From an uncultured virus (IMG/VR IMGVR_UViG_3300044624_001347) (lineage: Duplodnaviria > Heunggongvirae > Uroviricota > Caudoviricetes): a DNA stretch of 20,000 nucleotides. A model generated the notes under the pieces. The model worked only from the letters and a program-made list of their open reading frames with translations. It searched no databases and was not told the DNA's origin. Position numbers and translations under genes: made by a program. The stretch lies in the IMG/VR virus record IMGVR_UViG_3300044624_001347; one strand, 5' to 3'. Below are positions 7,433 to 15,331 of this stretch, piece after piece (the first letter of the stretch is position 1; each line of letters starts with the position of its first letter).

Positions 7433-7680
7433 TAGGAAGTAAGCTCCTTCACCGTCCACATAATGCTCTCTTCAAGGGCAGTGATGCCAAGGGAGCGATA
7501 GCGCCCAGGCTTCACCTGTTCGATCAAAGCCTCAAGCTCGGAAGCCTTCGACTTGATGGCATCGTGCAAAGCCTTTTCGCTGTCGGTAAGCGCCCGGTAA
7601 CGGGGCCTAAAGCGGCTCACAGGCTCACTCACGTCGCTCGACTGCCGCCCATCGGGGGCGCCATCAAAGACATGGCTCAT
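7432..7680 (-). CDS. Acb2/Tad1-like anti-defence nucleotide-sponge protein (putative)
   Basis: 'YRALTDSEKALHDAIKSKASELEALIEQVKPGRYRSLGITALEESIMWTVKELT' follows the helical-hairpin pattern recalled for Acb2 (YRxLS..E.......K.......LI...PGR...IG.T) and Tad1 (A.T.LEE..MW). Confidence 0.65.
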   Translation of the reverse strand: MSHVFDGAPDGRQSSDVSEPVSRFRPRYRALTDSEKALHDAIKSKASELEALIEQVKPGRYRSLGITALEESIMWTVKELTS

Positions 7681-7682
7681 AG

Positions 7683-7907
7683 TCAAACTCCCTTCTTCCT
7701 CGTCAGCTTGCCCAGCATGATCTCCCCACCGGGCGACAGGGGAACCTTCTCCACCGACAGCACATGGTCTGGCAGGAGGTCGTCAATGTTCTGCAACTCA
7801 TGAACGGGGAGGGTGAAGGACCACCGATCCCCGATCCTCGTGGCGAACTTCTTGAAGTCCGTCTCGCTGAAGTCAGCCAAGCAGTTGGCCGTCTCGTGTT
7901 CGCTCAT
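7683..7907 (-). CDS. Hypothetical protein
   Basis: 74 aa, RBS AGGAAGAAGG, in operon. Confidence 0.6.
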   Translation of the reverse strand: MSEHETANCLADFSETDFKKFATRIGDRWSFTLPVHELQNIDDLLPDHVLSVEKVPLSPGGEIMLGKLTRKKGV

Positions 7908-8167
7908 CCTTCTTCCTTTCTCGTCGGGGCAGGAGTTTCCACCGCCCTCATCGCCTTCATCACAGACCTGTAGTCGGCCATTGCCCTCTCTGCCGCAGCC
8001 TCAAGCTGCACTCGTGCTGCCTCAAAGCCAGCGCGCCAGCCCTCAGCAAAGTCGGTAGTGATGCGCTCGTTCTTCATCGGCACTCCCCAGGGTTTCGCAC
8101 AGGGCCTGTCGCACTTGGCATTGTCGCCATGCGGATCGCACTCGCAGTGATAGACGCCATCAGTCAT
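7904..8167 (-). CDS. Hypothetical protein
   Basis: 87 aa with a Cys-rich N-terminus; overlaps both neighbours. Confidence 0.55.
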   Translation of the reverse strand: MTDGVYHCECDPHGDNAKCDRPCAKPWGVPMKNERITTDFAEGWRAGFEAARVQLEAAAERAMADYRSVMKAMRAVETPAPTRKEEG

Positions 8168-8330
8168 CGTCCCCCTCCACCACCTGCCTTGCGGTCACGA
8201 GGTGGTCGATCATCTCATCAATCAGCCTTGAGGCGTATGTCGCGCCCTTCACCTCAGCCTCGTCGGCCAGCGTCTTCAACGCGCCCATCGCCTCATCGAA
8301 CAGGCGGAAGAGCCGGTCATAGTCACTCAT
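8160..8330 (-). CDS. Hypothetical protein
   Basis: From MSDYDR; RBS AGGA; coupled to neighbours. Confidence 0.6.
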   Translation of the reverse strand: MSDYDRLFRLFDEAMGALKTLADEAEVKGATYASRLIDEMIDHLVTARQVVEGDDD

Positions 8331-8601
8331 TTCCTTTCTCCCTAAGCGCATCTAGCGCCGTCTGAATTGCCATCTCGTGCCGATCCCCATCGGGGCTGAC
8401 GATGGTGTCGTAGTCTGCTGAGTGAGCGATCTTCTCCAGTGCTGCCCGGAGACGAGCAACTTCCTTCTCTGCCTCAGCGACGGCCTTCAGTTGGAAGACG
8501 CCCTTCGACACCTCGACAAGGATGTTCTCCTTGATCGTTGGGGCAGAACCCCGAGTGACGTGGGCGCTGCGTTCGGCGGCGGCGTTGTTCTGCTCACTCA
8601 C
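8323..8601 (-). CDS. Hypothetical protein (coiled-coil 'EVARLRAALEKIA' type)
   Basis: GTG start with RBS; overlapping operon gene. Confidence 0.6.
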   Translation of the reverse strand: MSEQNNAAAERSAHVTRGSAPTIKENILVEVSKGVFQLKAVAEAEKEVARLRAALEKIAHSADYDTIVSPDGDRHEMAIQTALDALREKGNE

Positions 8602-9016
8602 CCTTCACCTCCCTCAGTTCTGCCTTCAGCTTCCAAATGTCATCCATATCCCGGAAATATCTGCGGCGTTCGGATCGGTGGACCTCACCGTTGATGACGT
8701 ACTCCGAAGCCACAAATGCCTCAGCATCCTCAAGCACGCTCTCAACCAACTCGCGGCTGACAGTCACCTTGCCATCCTGCTGTCGGAGAGCGGCAGCATG
8801 TTCCATGTTCGTGGCTGTCAGGTGCTGGACTTTCTCGATCCAGGGCAGGATGTCAGTTTGCGCCGTGCTGAGGTCACGAGCGAGACGAGCGCACACCTGA
8901 CGCAGCAGCTTGATCTCATTGGCGGCTTCATCAAGCGTGCGACCGCACTCCGGGCGCATCTCTTCTCGCCATCCTTCGGCCTCTGCCAAGAGCCGATCTA
9001 CGATATCATCAGCCAT
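8594..9016 (-). CDS. Hypothetical protein, 'DIVDRL...EAA.EI..LR' family
   Basis: N-terminal motif shared with genes at 17041-18871. Confidence 0.65.
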   Translation of the reverse strand: MADDIVDRLLAEAEGWREEMRPECGRTLDEAANEIKLLRQVCARLARDLSTAQTDILPWIEKVQHLTATNMEHAAALRQQDGKVTVSRELVESVLEDAEAFVASEYVINGEVHRSERRRYFRDMDDIWKLKAELREVKGE

Positions 9017-9018
9017 CG

Positions 9019-9264
9019 CTACTGCCCCTCAGTCCCAGGCCAAGCGCCGCCGACATGAAGCAGCGCCAGCTTCGTCTTCTCGATCCACCAGAGAATGTCA
9101 CCGCCGTCTGGTTCGCTGCTGGCGAAATACGGAGACTCGTCTTGGTTCATGCCGATGACGATGCACATCTTGAGATCGGCCTTCATGGCCTGCTCAAGGA
9201 TGCGCCCCACCGGGACGGGAAGGGTGGAGATCACGGGCAGGATGACCACGTTGTCGTCAGACAT
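9019..9264 (-). CDS. Conserved phage hypothetical protein
   Basis: 81 aa 'NVVILPVISTLPVPVGRIL...YFASS..DGGDILWWIEKTK'. Confidence 0.65.
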   Translation of the reverse strand: MSDDNVVILPVISTLPVPVGRILEQAMKADLKMCIVIGMNQDESPYFASSEPDGGDILWWIEKTKLALLHVGGAWPGTEGQ

Positions 9265-9499
9265 AGCCGGTCCTCTTCAGAGCCCTGATGGCGTCCATCA
9301 TCTCTTGATCGCGGTTCATGATCTCGGTGAACGTGAGACCGTCTTCATTCACGGGCCTGTCTGCAATGACTTCCCATGCTTCATCGAGCGCAAGGATGCG
9401 TGCGTTCAGGATCATCTTACTGATGGCGGTCGCCTGCTCGGCGTTCACCACCATGCCGGTGGCCGCGTAAATCTCGTCGGCCCATTCTTCTGCGTTCAT
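9257..9499 (-). CDS. Hypothetical protein
   Basis: 80 aa, RBS GGGAG. Confidence 0.6.
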   Translation of the reverse strand: MNAEEWADEIYAATGMVVNAEQATAISKMILNARILALDEAWEVIADRPVNEDGLTFTEIMNRDQEMMDAIRALKRTGYV

Positions 9500-9501
9500 G
9501 C

Positions 9502-9828
9502 CTAAACTCCCGAAGACGTGACGTTGACGTGAGACTTACGAGGACATGCCGGGTTCTCGCATTCCTTGTTCGCGCCCGGCGGGCAGATGCAACCAACGGG
9601 CTGCATCACGCCATGAAAGAACGGCATCTGCGGCGTCAGCATCTGCGGCACCAGCGGAAACTGGTGATTCTGAGCCGCATACTTCCACGTCGCGCTTGCG
9701 ACGCCCTGATGGTAGGCTTGCCGCACATCCTCAGCAGAAATGCCCCTCAGAAGGCAGGGCTGACGAGAGCAAGTCTGTCCGCTGTAAAGTCCGCAAGAGC
9801 AGACCGGCTTCTCATCAAGGCCCGTCAC
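9502..9828 (-). CDS. Cys-rich hypothetical protein
   Basis: GTG start overlapping the upstream stop (GTGA); CSC...C...C and CIC...C...C clusters. Confidence 0.5.
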   Translation of the reverse strand: MTGLDEKPVCSCGLYSGQTCSRQPCLLRGISAEDVRQAYHQGVASATWKYAAQNHQFPLVPQMLTPQMPFFHGVMQPVGCICPPGANKECENPACPRKSHVNVTSSGV

Positions 9829-9992
9829 TGCCGCACCGCCAGGGCGCAAGCCACGCTGTCAGGATTGACGCACGCGGCATGCCGCAGTGATGCTTTGTGG
9901 TTGCTGTCGTTCCAGATCAAAACCCCGGAGCCAACAACAAAGACTCCCACCAAGCAGATGACGGCAATCCACACCTTGTTCTCGCCGTTCAT
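9825..9992 (-). CDS. Small single-pass membrane protein (absent from the ORF track)
   Basis: Translated by hand as MNGENKVWIAVICLVGVFVVGSGVLIWNDSNHKASLRHAACVNPDSVACALAVRQ; TGATG coupling, RBS GGGGAAGAG. Confidence 0.7.
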   Translation of the reverse strand: MNGENKVWIAVICLVGVFVVGSGVLIWNDSNHKASLRHAACVNPDSVACALAVRQ

Positions 9993-10219
9993 CACTCTTC
10001 CCCCTTCTTAATAGACCTGACCCGGTATCGGACAACACGAACCAGACCAAGCGCATCCAAGATGGACTGACCCGGCTCACGTCGCGCGTTCAATACGTCG
10101 CAGACGTAGGCCGCTGACAGGCTGTGCTTCTCAGCGAAAGCTTTCTGACTCCCTGCATTCTTGCAGGCAGCAGAGAGGCGGCGACACACCTCGACCGAAT
10201 CCAGATAGATGCCGCTCAT
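9992..10219 (-). CDS. Cro/XRE-like helix-turn-helix protein
   Basis: 'GSQKAFAEKHSLSAAYVCDVLNARREPGQSILDALGL'; RBS GGAGG. Confidence 0.75.
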   Translation of the reverse strand: MSGIYLDSVEVCRRLSAACKNAGSQKAFAEKHSLSAAYVCDVLNARREPGQSILDALGLVRVVRYRVRSIKKGEE

Positions 10220-10383
10220 CGCCGTACCTCCAAAGCGCAAACCACCCTATTGGGATTGATGCACTGAATGTTTCTGAGTTCAGCCGCGTTGTAGGCTTCG
10301 TATGAAAGCAGCGCGCCGAAGATCGCGGTCAGCATGGCAACGGCCACCAGCGCCGCGATCCAAAGCTTTCTGTCGCTGCCCAT
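10216..10383 (-). CDS. Small single-pass membrane protein, paralog of 9825-9992
   Basis: MGSDRKLWIAALVAVAMLTAIFGALL...CINPNRVVCALEVRR. Confidence 0.65.
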   Translation of the reverse strand: MGSDRKLWIAALVAVAMLTAIFGALLSYEAYNAAELRNIQCINPNRVVCALEVRR

Positions 10384-10417
10384 CACCAGAAGCCCGTCAG
10401 CGCCCCAAGAACATCGC

Positions 10418-10879
10418 TCACTTGCCGGTCTCCTTCTTGGCAAACTTTTCCATACGAACTCGCCATGCGTGACGAGCGCGATCTCGTGCCGCCTCAAGGG
10501 CCTCGGCGCTCTTGTACCAATGGTGCTTAACCGGCGTCTTCTTGGTCAGGGGAGGCAGCAATCCTTCCTCAACCATCGTGGCGCGACGCAGACCAACGAT
10601 CCTGCGAGACAGACCAACCTGAAGGGCGATGTCATTCACAGGGCGACCACGAAGAAGCATGTCGTCAACCTCTTCCATCTTGGTCGGCTTGCGCCGCTTG
10701 TGTTCGATCTTCTCCTTGGCGGTCGTCAACCAAGGCTTTTCGTTTTCGCTCTTCACCCCGAGAAGGGAAGACAGCGCATCCTCGTCCACGACATAGACGT
10801 TGCCGTTCTCATGCAGGACAAGGAACTCTCCTGCCTTTGCTCGAACGTCGTTGTTCAACTTCAACATGCTCTTAATCAC
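10418..10879 (-). CDS. Hypothetical protein with possible HTH
   Basis: 'GRPVNDIALQVGLSRRIVGLRR' is an HTH-like segment; RBS AGGAGAG. Confidence 0.6.
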   Translation of the reverse strand: MIKSMLKLNNDVRAKAGEFLVLHENGNVYVVDEDALSSLLGVKSENEKPWLTTAKEKIEHKRRKPTKMEEVDDMLLRGRPVNDIALQVGLSRRIVGLRRATMVEEGLLPPLTKKTPVKHHWYKSAEALEAARDRARHAWRVRMEKFAKKETGK

Positions 10880-10888
10880 TTGTCTCTC

Positions 10889-11116
10889 CTATTCAGCCGG
10901 GACCGTTCGGCCCCTTCTTTCTGCTTGGTTGTGGAACTTGGCATCGGCCAGGGCGAGCCGCTTTCCGACATGATCGCCAAGGGATGCGTGATGCTTTGCT
11001 TCAGAGAGAGCCAAGGCGCGCATGGCGCGCTGGTTGTTTCCTTCTGATGCTGCCCGTCTCGCATAGTCAGCGAGCTTCGTTGACGTGAGAAAAAGACAGA
11101 GTTGGTGGTCTCTCAT
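10889..11116 (-). CDS. Hypothetical protein
   Basis: From MRDHQL; ATGA coupling. Confidence 0.55.
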   Translation of the reverse strand: MRDHQLCLFLTSTKLADYARRAASEGNNQRAMRALALSEAKHHASLGDHVGKRLALADAKFHNQAERRGRTVPAE

Positions 11117-11523
11117 GCCACTCTCCCAGAAACTTGGATCATCGGGCACGCCCAGTGAGGGAGCTTGATGACAAGCCAGCCGTCCTCAACAGACCAACGC
11201 ACATCTTGCGCTGGCTTGCTCTCCTTCAGATTCACGTCATCGAAGGGAGCGGCAATGCTGCATCCGCCGGTCCTCCAAGTTGCGTGCCTGCATTCATGAG
11301 CAAGCGCGTCCTCCGGAGCCATGCGAATCCGAAGCTTGCCTGCCATCCGGTTGCGCTCAACGAGAACCTTTCTGTTGCCCTTCGGGCCGAGTGCGATTTC
11401 GGCGGCGACCTTCTTGGTCATGGAGATCGCAAGAGCCGGGTTCTTCCTGCCGTTCGGCACGCGCCAAGCGACGGTCACTCCGTTGTTCCTGTTGGCTGAT
11501 GTCTCAATACGTTCCCAGGTCAT
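11113..11523 (-). CDS. Hypothetical protein
   Basis: 136 aa, ATGA coupled at both ends. Confidence 0.65.
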   Translation of the reverse strand: MTWERIETSANRNNGVTVAWRVPNGRKNPALAISMTKKVAAEIALGPKGNRKVLVERNRMAGKLRIRMAPEDALAHECRHATWRTGGCSIAAPFDDVNLKESKPAQDVRWSVEDGWLVIKLPHWACPMIQVSGRVA

Positions 11524-11747
11524 GCTGCCCTATTGCGAATGGAGTTGCGGACTTGGCTTCGGAAGTTGAGAGCGGATCGCTTATCAGACGGACTGGCTGA
11601 GACAGTCATGGTCCATCCCTTTCCATCAACTTCGTAGAGTAACTTGTGGTGCTTCCTTCCAAGCTCGATCTGCCAGGGGATTCCAGCATCATCGAGGTCT
11701 TGGACGGCAAGAGCGATGTACTCTCTGACTTGCTTGGTGATCTTCAT
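11520..11747 (-). CDS. Small basic protein, HicA-like pattern
   Basis: 'WQIELGRKHHKLLY...TVSASPSDKRSALNFRSQVR'. Confidence 0.5.
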   Translation of the reverse strand: MKITKQVREYIALAVQDLDDAGIPWQIELGRKHHKLLYEVDGKGWTMTVSASPSDKRSALNFRSQVRNSIRNRAA

Positions 11748-11840
11748 TGGAAGAGCCAGCGGATAATCACGCCAGCAGCCAAGCTGCCGAAGAAACCACC
11801 AAGGAAGATCAGGAGCAGGGCAACAGCGGCGGCTCCCCAG

Positions 11841-12725
11841 TCACGCCTTGAGCCGTGCGTATTGGTCGCACCAGCGCGCGACCTGACAGTAGCTATCGCA
11901 GCGCGTGTTCTCTCCAGGGCGCTCTTCAATGTAGCCCTTATTTTCTCTCGCATATTCTTCGGCCTCTTCTCTCTCGTGCGTGTTGAACAACCTCAGCGCC
12001 CGGACGCGGCCTTCTTTCATCACGGCCAGCTTACCGGGTCTGAACCAACGTTCTTCGTCGGTGCATTCAGGCATTGGCTCACCCCAGTCGAAGCGGCGTT
12101 CCGCATCCTGATGAAGAGCCATACGCTCAGTGACGTATCGCTCGCGTTCAGCGAACGACCAGAGTGTTTGGGGCAGAACAACAAGAGGGACGGCAGGATA
12201 ACCCTCGCGCCGCTCGGCCTCGTGCTTGTTCCAGTCGCGGACGACAGCGTTGATCGTCAGGCCAACTACCGTCCAGCCACGAAGCTTCTCAGCAAGGTAG
12301 GCATAGCAATTAAGCTGACGTTCCCAGTCGGGCTTTGGGTTCATGACAGCCCATGCCGTCGTCATCTTGTAGTCGGAGATGGCAACCTGACGTTCGCCAT
12401 CGGCGCCCGTGCCCAGGATTTGCAGATCAATGCCGCCGCTTAGGCGCCAGCCTGCAACCTCAGTGAACAGGCGCTCCTCTGCAACGTGCTGCTCATCGGC
12501 GCCCTGCTCCACGACATTGTGGAGGGCGCGACCCAGCAGCGGCCACAGGAGTTCAGAGACATCAGTGACGATCTCCTTCCGCTTCTCACTACGGAGGATG
12601 CGAATACGAGGAGAGCCGATAAGCTCGGTCACTGAGATGTTCGCATTGCCCCGGCTATAGGTGTCTCGCAGTGCGAGATTGACCAGCGTCTGCGGTAGGT
12701 TGTGGTTGTTGGTGATGTTCGCCAT
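11841..12725 (-). CDS. PD-(D/E)XK exonuclease (Cas4/RecB-like phage type)
   Basis: Start MANITN. Motifs 'ISVTELIGSPR', 'GRALH', 'EERL', 'GGIDL...ISDYKMT', 'WERQLNCY', with a C-terminal Cys cluster 'RCDSYCQVARWC'. Confidence 0.85.
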   Translation of the reverse strand: MANITNNHNLPQTLVNLALRDTYSRGNANISVTELIGSPRIRILRSEKRKEIVTDVSELLWPLLGRALHNVVEQGADEQHVAEERLFTEVAGWRLSGGIDLQILGTGADGERQVAISDYKMTTAWAVMNPKPDWERQLNCYAYLAEKLRGWTVVGLTINAVVRDWNKHEAERREGYPAVPLVVLPQTLWSFAERERYVTERMALHQDAERRFDWGEPMPECTDEERWFRPGKLAVMKEGRVRALRLFNTHEREEAEEYARENKGYIEERPGENTRCDSYCQVARWCDQYARLKA

Positions 12726-12732
12726 GCACTCT

Positions 12733-12760
12733 AAGATACATGTATTCTGCCCCAGATCAA
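12733..12760 (-). promoter_or_regulatory. Putative sigma70 promoter for the exonuclease operon
   Basis: Minus strand TTGATC-N16-TATCTT, ending 7 nt before the ATG at 12725. Confidence 0.4.
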
Positions 12761-12807
12761 CTGGGTATCGTTGACTTAGGCATAAAAAAGTTGGGCGATG
12801 AGTGCGC

Positions 12808-12836
12808 TTGATTAGGCACAATATGTTGCGCATGAT
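12808..12836 (+). promoter_or_regulatory. Putative sigma70 promoter for rusA (leaderless)
   Basis: TTGATT-N17-CATGAT; the predicted +1 falls at about the ATG (12843); no SD. Confidence 0.45.
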
Positions 12837-12842
12837 TGGGCC

Positions 12843-13238
12843 ATGAAGCCCGTGCATCTTGTGGTCTATGGCGAGCCAGCCAGTAAGGCCAACAGTCGCA
12901 AGCTTGTGCTGTTCGGCAACCGGCCTGCCTCCATCAAGTCGGACAAAGCTCGCGGCTATGCCCGTGACTTTCTGTTACAGGTGCGGCCACTCGACCCCTT
13001 GCTTGAGGGCGAGCTACGGATGGACCTCTGGATTTACTATGCCAGCCAGCGCCCCGATCTAGACGAAAGCCTTATCCTCGATCTGCTCCAGGGCAAGGTC
13101 TACAAGAATGACAGACAGGTCCGGGAGCGCCATGTCTATCACTGCATAGACAAGGCCAACCCACGGATTGAGGTCATCATCCAGCACCGCGATCCATTGT
13201 TCGCTGTGGCAGAACTTCAAAGGCTGAAGGGGAAGTAG
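12843..13238 (+). CDS. rusA: RusA-like Holliday junction resolvase
   Basis: 'GEPASKANSR...RPDLDESLILDLLQGKVYKNDRQV...NPRIEVII'. Confidence 0.8.
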   Translation: MKPVHLVVYGEPASKANSRKLVLFGNRPASIKSDKARGYARDFLLQVRPLDPLLEGELRMDLWIYYASQRPDLDESLILDLLQGKVYKNDRQVRERHVYHCIDKANPRIEVIIQHRDPLFAVAELQRLKGK

Positions 13239-13242
13239 GTCA

Positions 13243-13284
13243 AACGAAAAGCGACCCGTACACCATGAGGTGCAGAGGGGTCGC
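13243..13284 (-). terminator. Intrinsic terminator (minus strand)
   Basis: GCGACCC...GGGTCGC stem with an inner CACC/GGTG pair, followed by TTTTCGTTT. Confidence 0.55.
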
Positions 13285-13408
13285 CCGTAATGTCTGCATC
13301 GTATTCGGCTGAGGGAAGTAGGCCAAGGCTCACGCTTTGCCTTGGCTGCCTGGGATTACGAGGTCGGGGGACCTACCCAAGCTTGACGGGTCCATTGGTC
13401 CCGGAGCA
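13243..13408 (-). ncRNA. Candidate ~165-nt structured small RNA
   Basis: Lies between a promoter and a terminator in the intergenic gap. Contains hairpins GCCAAGGC/GCCTTGGC and AGGTC/GACCT. Confidence 0.4.
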
Positions 13409-13413
13409 AAGGC

Positions 13414-13442
13414 AACATAGTGTGCATCGAAGCCTAGTGCAA
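13414..13442 (-). promoter_or_regulatory. Putative sigma70 promoter
   Basis: Minus strand TTGCAC-N17-TATGTT. Confidence 0.55.
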
Positions 13443-13479
13443 CACAAAACTTTGCGGCCAACGGTGAGGCTAACCGTTG

Positions 13480-15195
13480 TCAGAAATTGTAGACCTCATC
13501 GAAACCCTTCAGCCAAAGCTTGTCATCCTGCGTCTCGCCCTGGGTTTCTGAGAAGAGGCCGGTCGCCTTGTCGTAGTAGAGGTTGGCTTCACCAATCTGC
13601 CCCTGCCATGCAAAGCGGCACTTCCACACATGGAAGATGGTCTGATCCATCTTGCGCTGGATGGTAAGCCCGAAGTCCGCACGATTGTAGTAGTGGGCAG
13701 AACCCGAGATGGAGTAGCCGGTCGGAACCCAGTCAGCCGAAACATTCATGGGCTTGGCCGGGTGGGCGATCAAGAAGAAGGTAACTTCTGCCCGTGCTGC
13801 GAACGTCTTAAACTGAGACAGCATCTCGTTAACACTTTCAGTATCAACGCCGCCGTCTTTTTTCTGACTGAGCTTGATGAAGTTCACGGGGTCCACGACT
13901 ACGGCCTTCACCCCATCCCGGCGAACCGCAGCCTCAAACCTTTCGATAAGGCTTTCGACGGTCGGCATCACGCCTTCGTTGGTGAGGAAGGTCAGATGCT
14001 CATTCACCCAGCCAAGGGCTTCAAGCATCTCGTCCTCACTCATCCGGGGCGTCGGCCCATCCCCGAAGGGCTTGCCTGCCCGGAGAGAGATGAGCTTGGC
14101 AAGGTGAAGCTCGGGCGGATTCTCAAAGCTGGCATAGGCGACACGCCAGTTATAGCGAGCCATCGCGCTGACCAGCATGTTGTCGATGATCTGGGATTTG
14201 CCTGAGCCGGGCGTGCCCGTGACGATGACGAGATTGCCAGGGTTCAGCGTGAACAGTTCGTCCACGTTGGACCAGCCAGTGCTGGCGCCTCGGGGCAGGC
14301 CATCCCGGTAAAGGGTCTGCACCTTGTCCATGAAGTCAGCCGGTGAGGCCAAGCCTTCGACCGGCCAGCGTGCCGCATCAGCCTTGCACTTGGCGAGAGC
14401 TTCCTTGCCTGCCTTCAGCAGAACGTCGTTGGCGTCCTTGCTGCCATGAGGGAAGGAGACGCGCCAGCACTTCAGCTTACCGATACGGCGAGCCAGTTCC
14501 TGTGCGGTGGTCTCGCCCGGCCCGTCCATGTCCACCGCAAGGAAGACATTGGGCGCTGCCTTGATTAGTTCGTCATGATGCGACAGCCATTTCAGACGGG
14601 CAGTATCGTCGGCGGCGCCTTCGGACAGAGCCCCGGACGGGATGGACAGGGCAGGGATGCCTGCCTCCCAGAAGGACAGGGCGTCGATCTCACCTTCGGT
14701 GATGACGATATCCTGCCCCGGCTCGATCTTGTCAGCCAGGAACAGGGTCTGTGCGCTGCCGTCCTGGGTAAACTCTTTGGTGGAGATGGACCGCCACTTG
14801 ATCGCCGTCACCCTACCTTGATGCCGGTAGGGGAAGCCGACCGCATCCAACTCGGTCGCAGATTTCTTGAAGAACTTCCTGCCTGAGCAAACGCCGAGAG
14901 ACTTAGCTGTCTCATCGGAGATGCCCCGGTCTGCCATGTAGTCCAGGCCAGCGAAATCCAGATCGCCGGTCGTGTAGGTCTTGATCGGGACAACCGCAGT
15001 CACCTTGCCACCTCTTCCCATCGAACCGTTGACGCCGCAGTGGTGGCAATTCCAGAGGATGCCCGCCGCATCCTGCTTGATGGAAAGGGTAGGATCATTC
15101 TTGGTTTTCCTGTCCGGTCCACAGGCAGGGCAGGCTACCCGAGTCTGTCCATCCTTAGCTCTTGCTAGGATGTATTCTTTTTCAATGGCTTGCAT
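13480..15195 (-). CDS. Bifunctional primase-helicase (T7 gp4/Twinkle-like)
   Basis: Zn finger CPAC...CHHC; TOPRIM 'ITEGEIDALS' and 'DMDGPG'; Walker A 'GTPGSGKS'; Walker B 'VVVDP'; 'ISGSAHYYNRADFG'. Start MQAIEK after RBS GGGGAAG. Confidence 0.92.
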   Translation of the reverse strand: MQAIEKEYILARAKDGQTRVACPACGPDRKTKNDPTLSIKQDAAGILWNCHHCGVNGSMGRGGKVTAVVPIKTYTTGDLDFAGLDYMADRGISDETAKSLGVCSGRKFFKKSATELDAVGFPYRHQGRVTAIKWRSISTKEFTQDGSAQTLFLADKIEPGQDIVITEGEIDALSFWEAGIPALSIPSGALSEGAADDTARLKWLSHHDELIKAAPNVFLAVDMDGPGETTAQELARRIGKLKCWRVSFPHGSKDANDVLLKAGKEALAKCKADAARWPVEGLASPADFMDKVQTLYRDGLPRGASTGWSNVDELFTLNPGNLVIVTGTPGSGKSQIIDNMLVSAMARYNWRVAYASFENPPELHLAKLISLRAGKPFGDGPTPRMSEDEMLEALGWVNEHLTFLTNEGVMPTVESLIERFEAAVRRDGVKAVVVDPVNFIKLSQKKDGGVDTESVNEMLSQFKTFAARAEVTFFLIAHPAKPMNVSADWVPTGYSISGSAHYYNRADFGLTIQRKMDQTIFHVWKCRFAWQGQIGEANLYYDKATGLFSETQGETQDDKLWLKGFDEVYNF

Positions 15196-15301
15196 CTTCT
15201 TCCCCCGAAGGACATGCAGGATACACAAAGAAGAACACCAACACAAGGTGTTTTAGATGTCTAAGACTACACTAGATATAGCTACAAGCTAACCTAAGAG
15301 A

Positions 15302-15331
15302 CGCAACATATCGTTGGAGCGATATGTTGCG
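15302..15331. repeat. Perfect 12-bp inverted repeat
   Basis: CGCAACATATCG-ttggag-CGATATGTTGCG. Confidence 0.85.

Noticed and set aside
11744..11953. 69-aa membrane ORF
   Set aside because: The start lies more than 100 nt inside the exonuclease gene. The hydrophobic tail fills the gap and may be real, but I could not identify a convincing start.
11841..12725. Cas4 acting as the array's spacer-acquisition enzyme
   Set aside because: Such exonucleases are routine partners of ERF/SSB in phage recombination modules. It is 7 kb from the array and nothing links the two.
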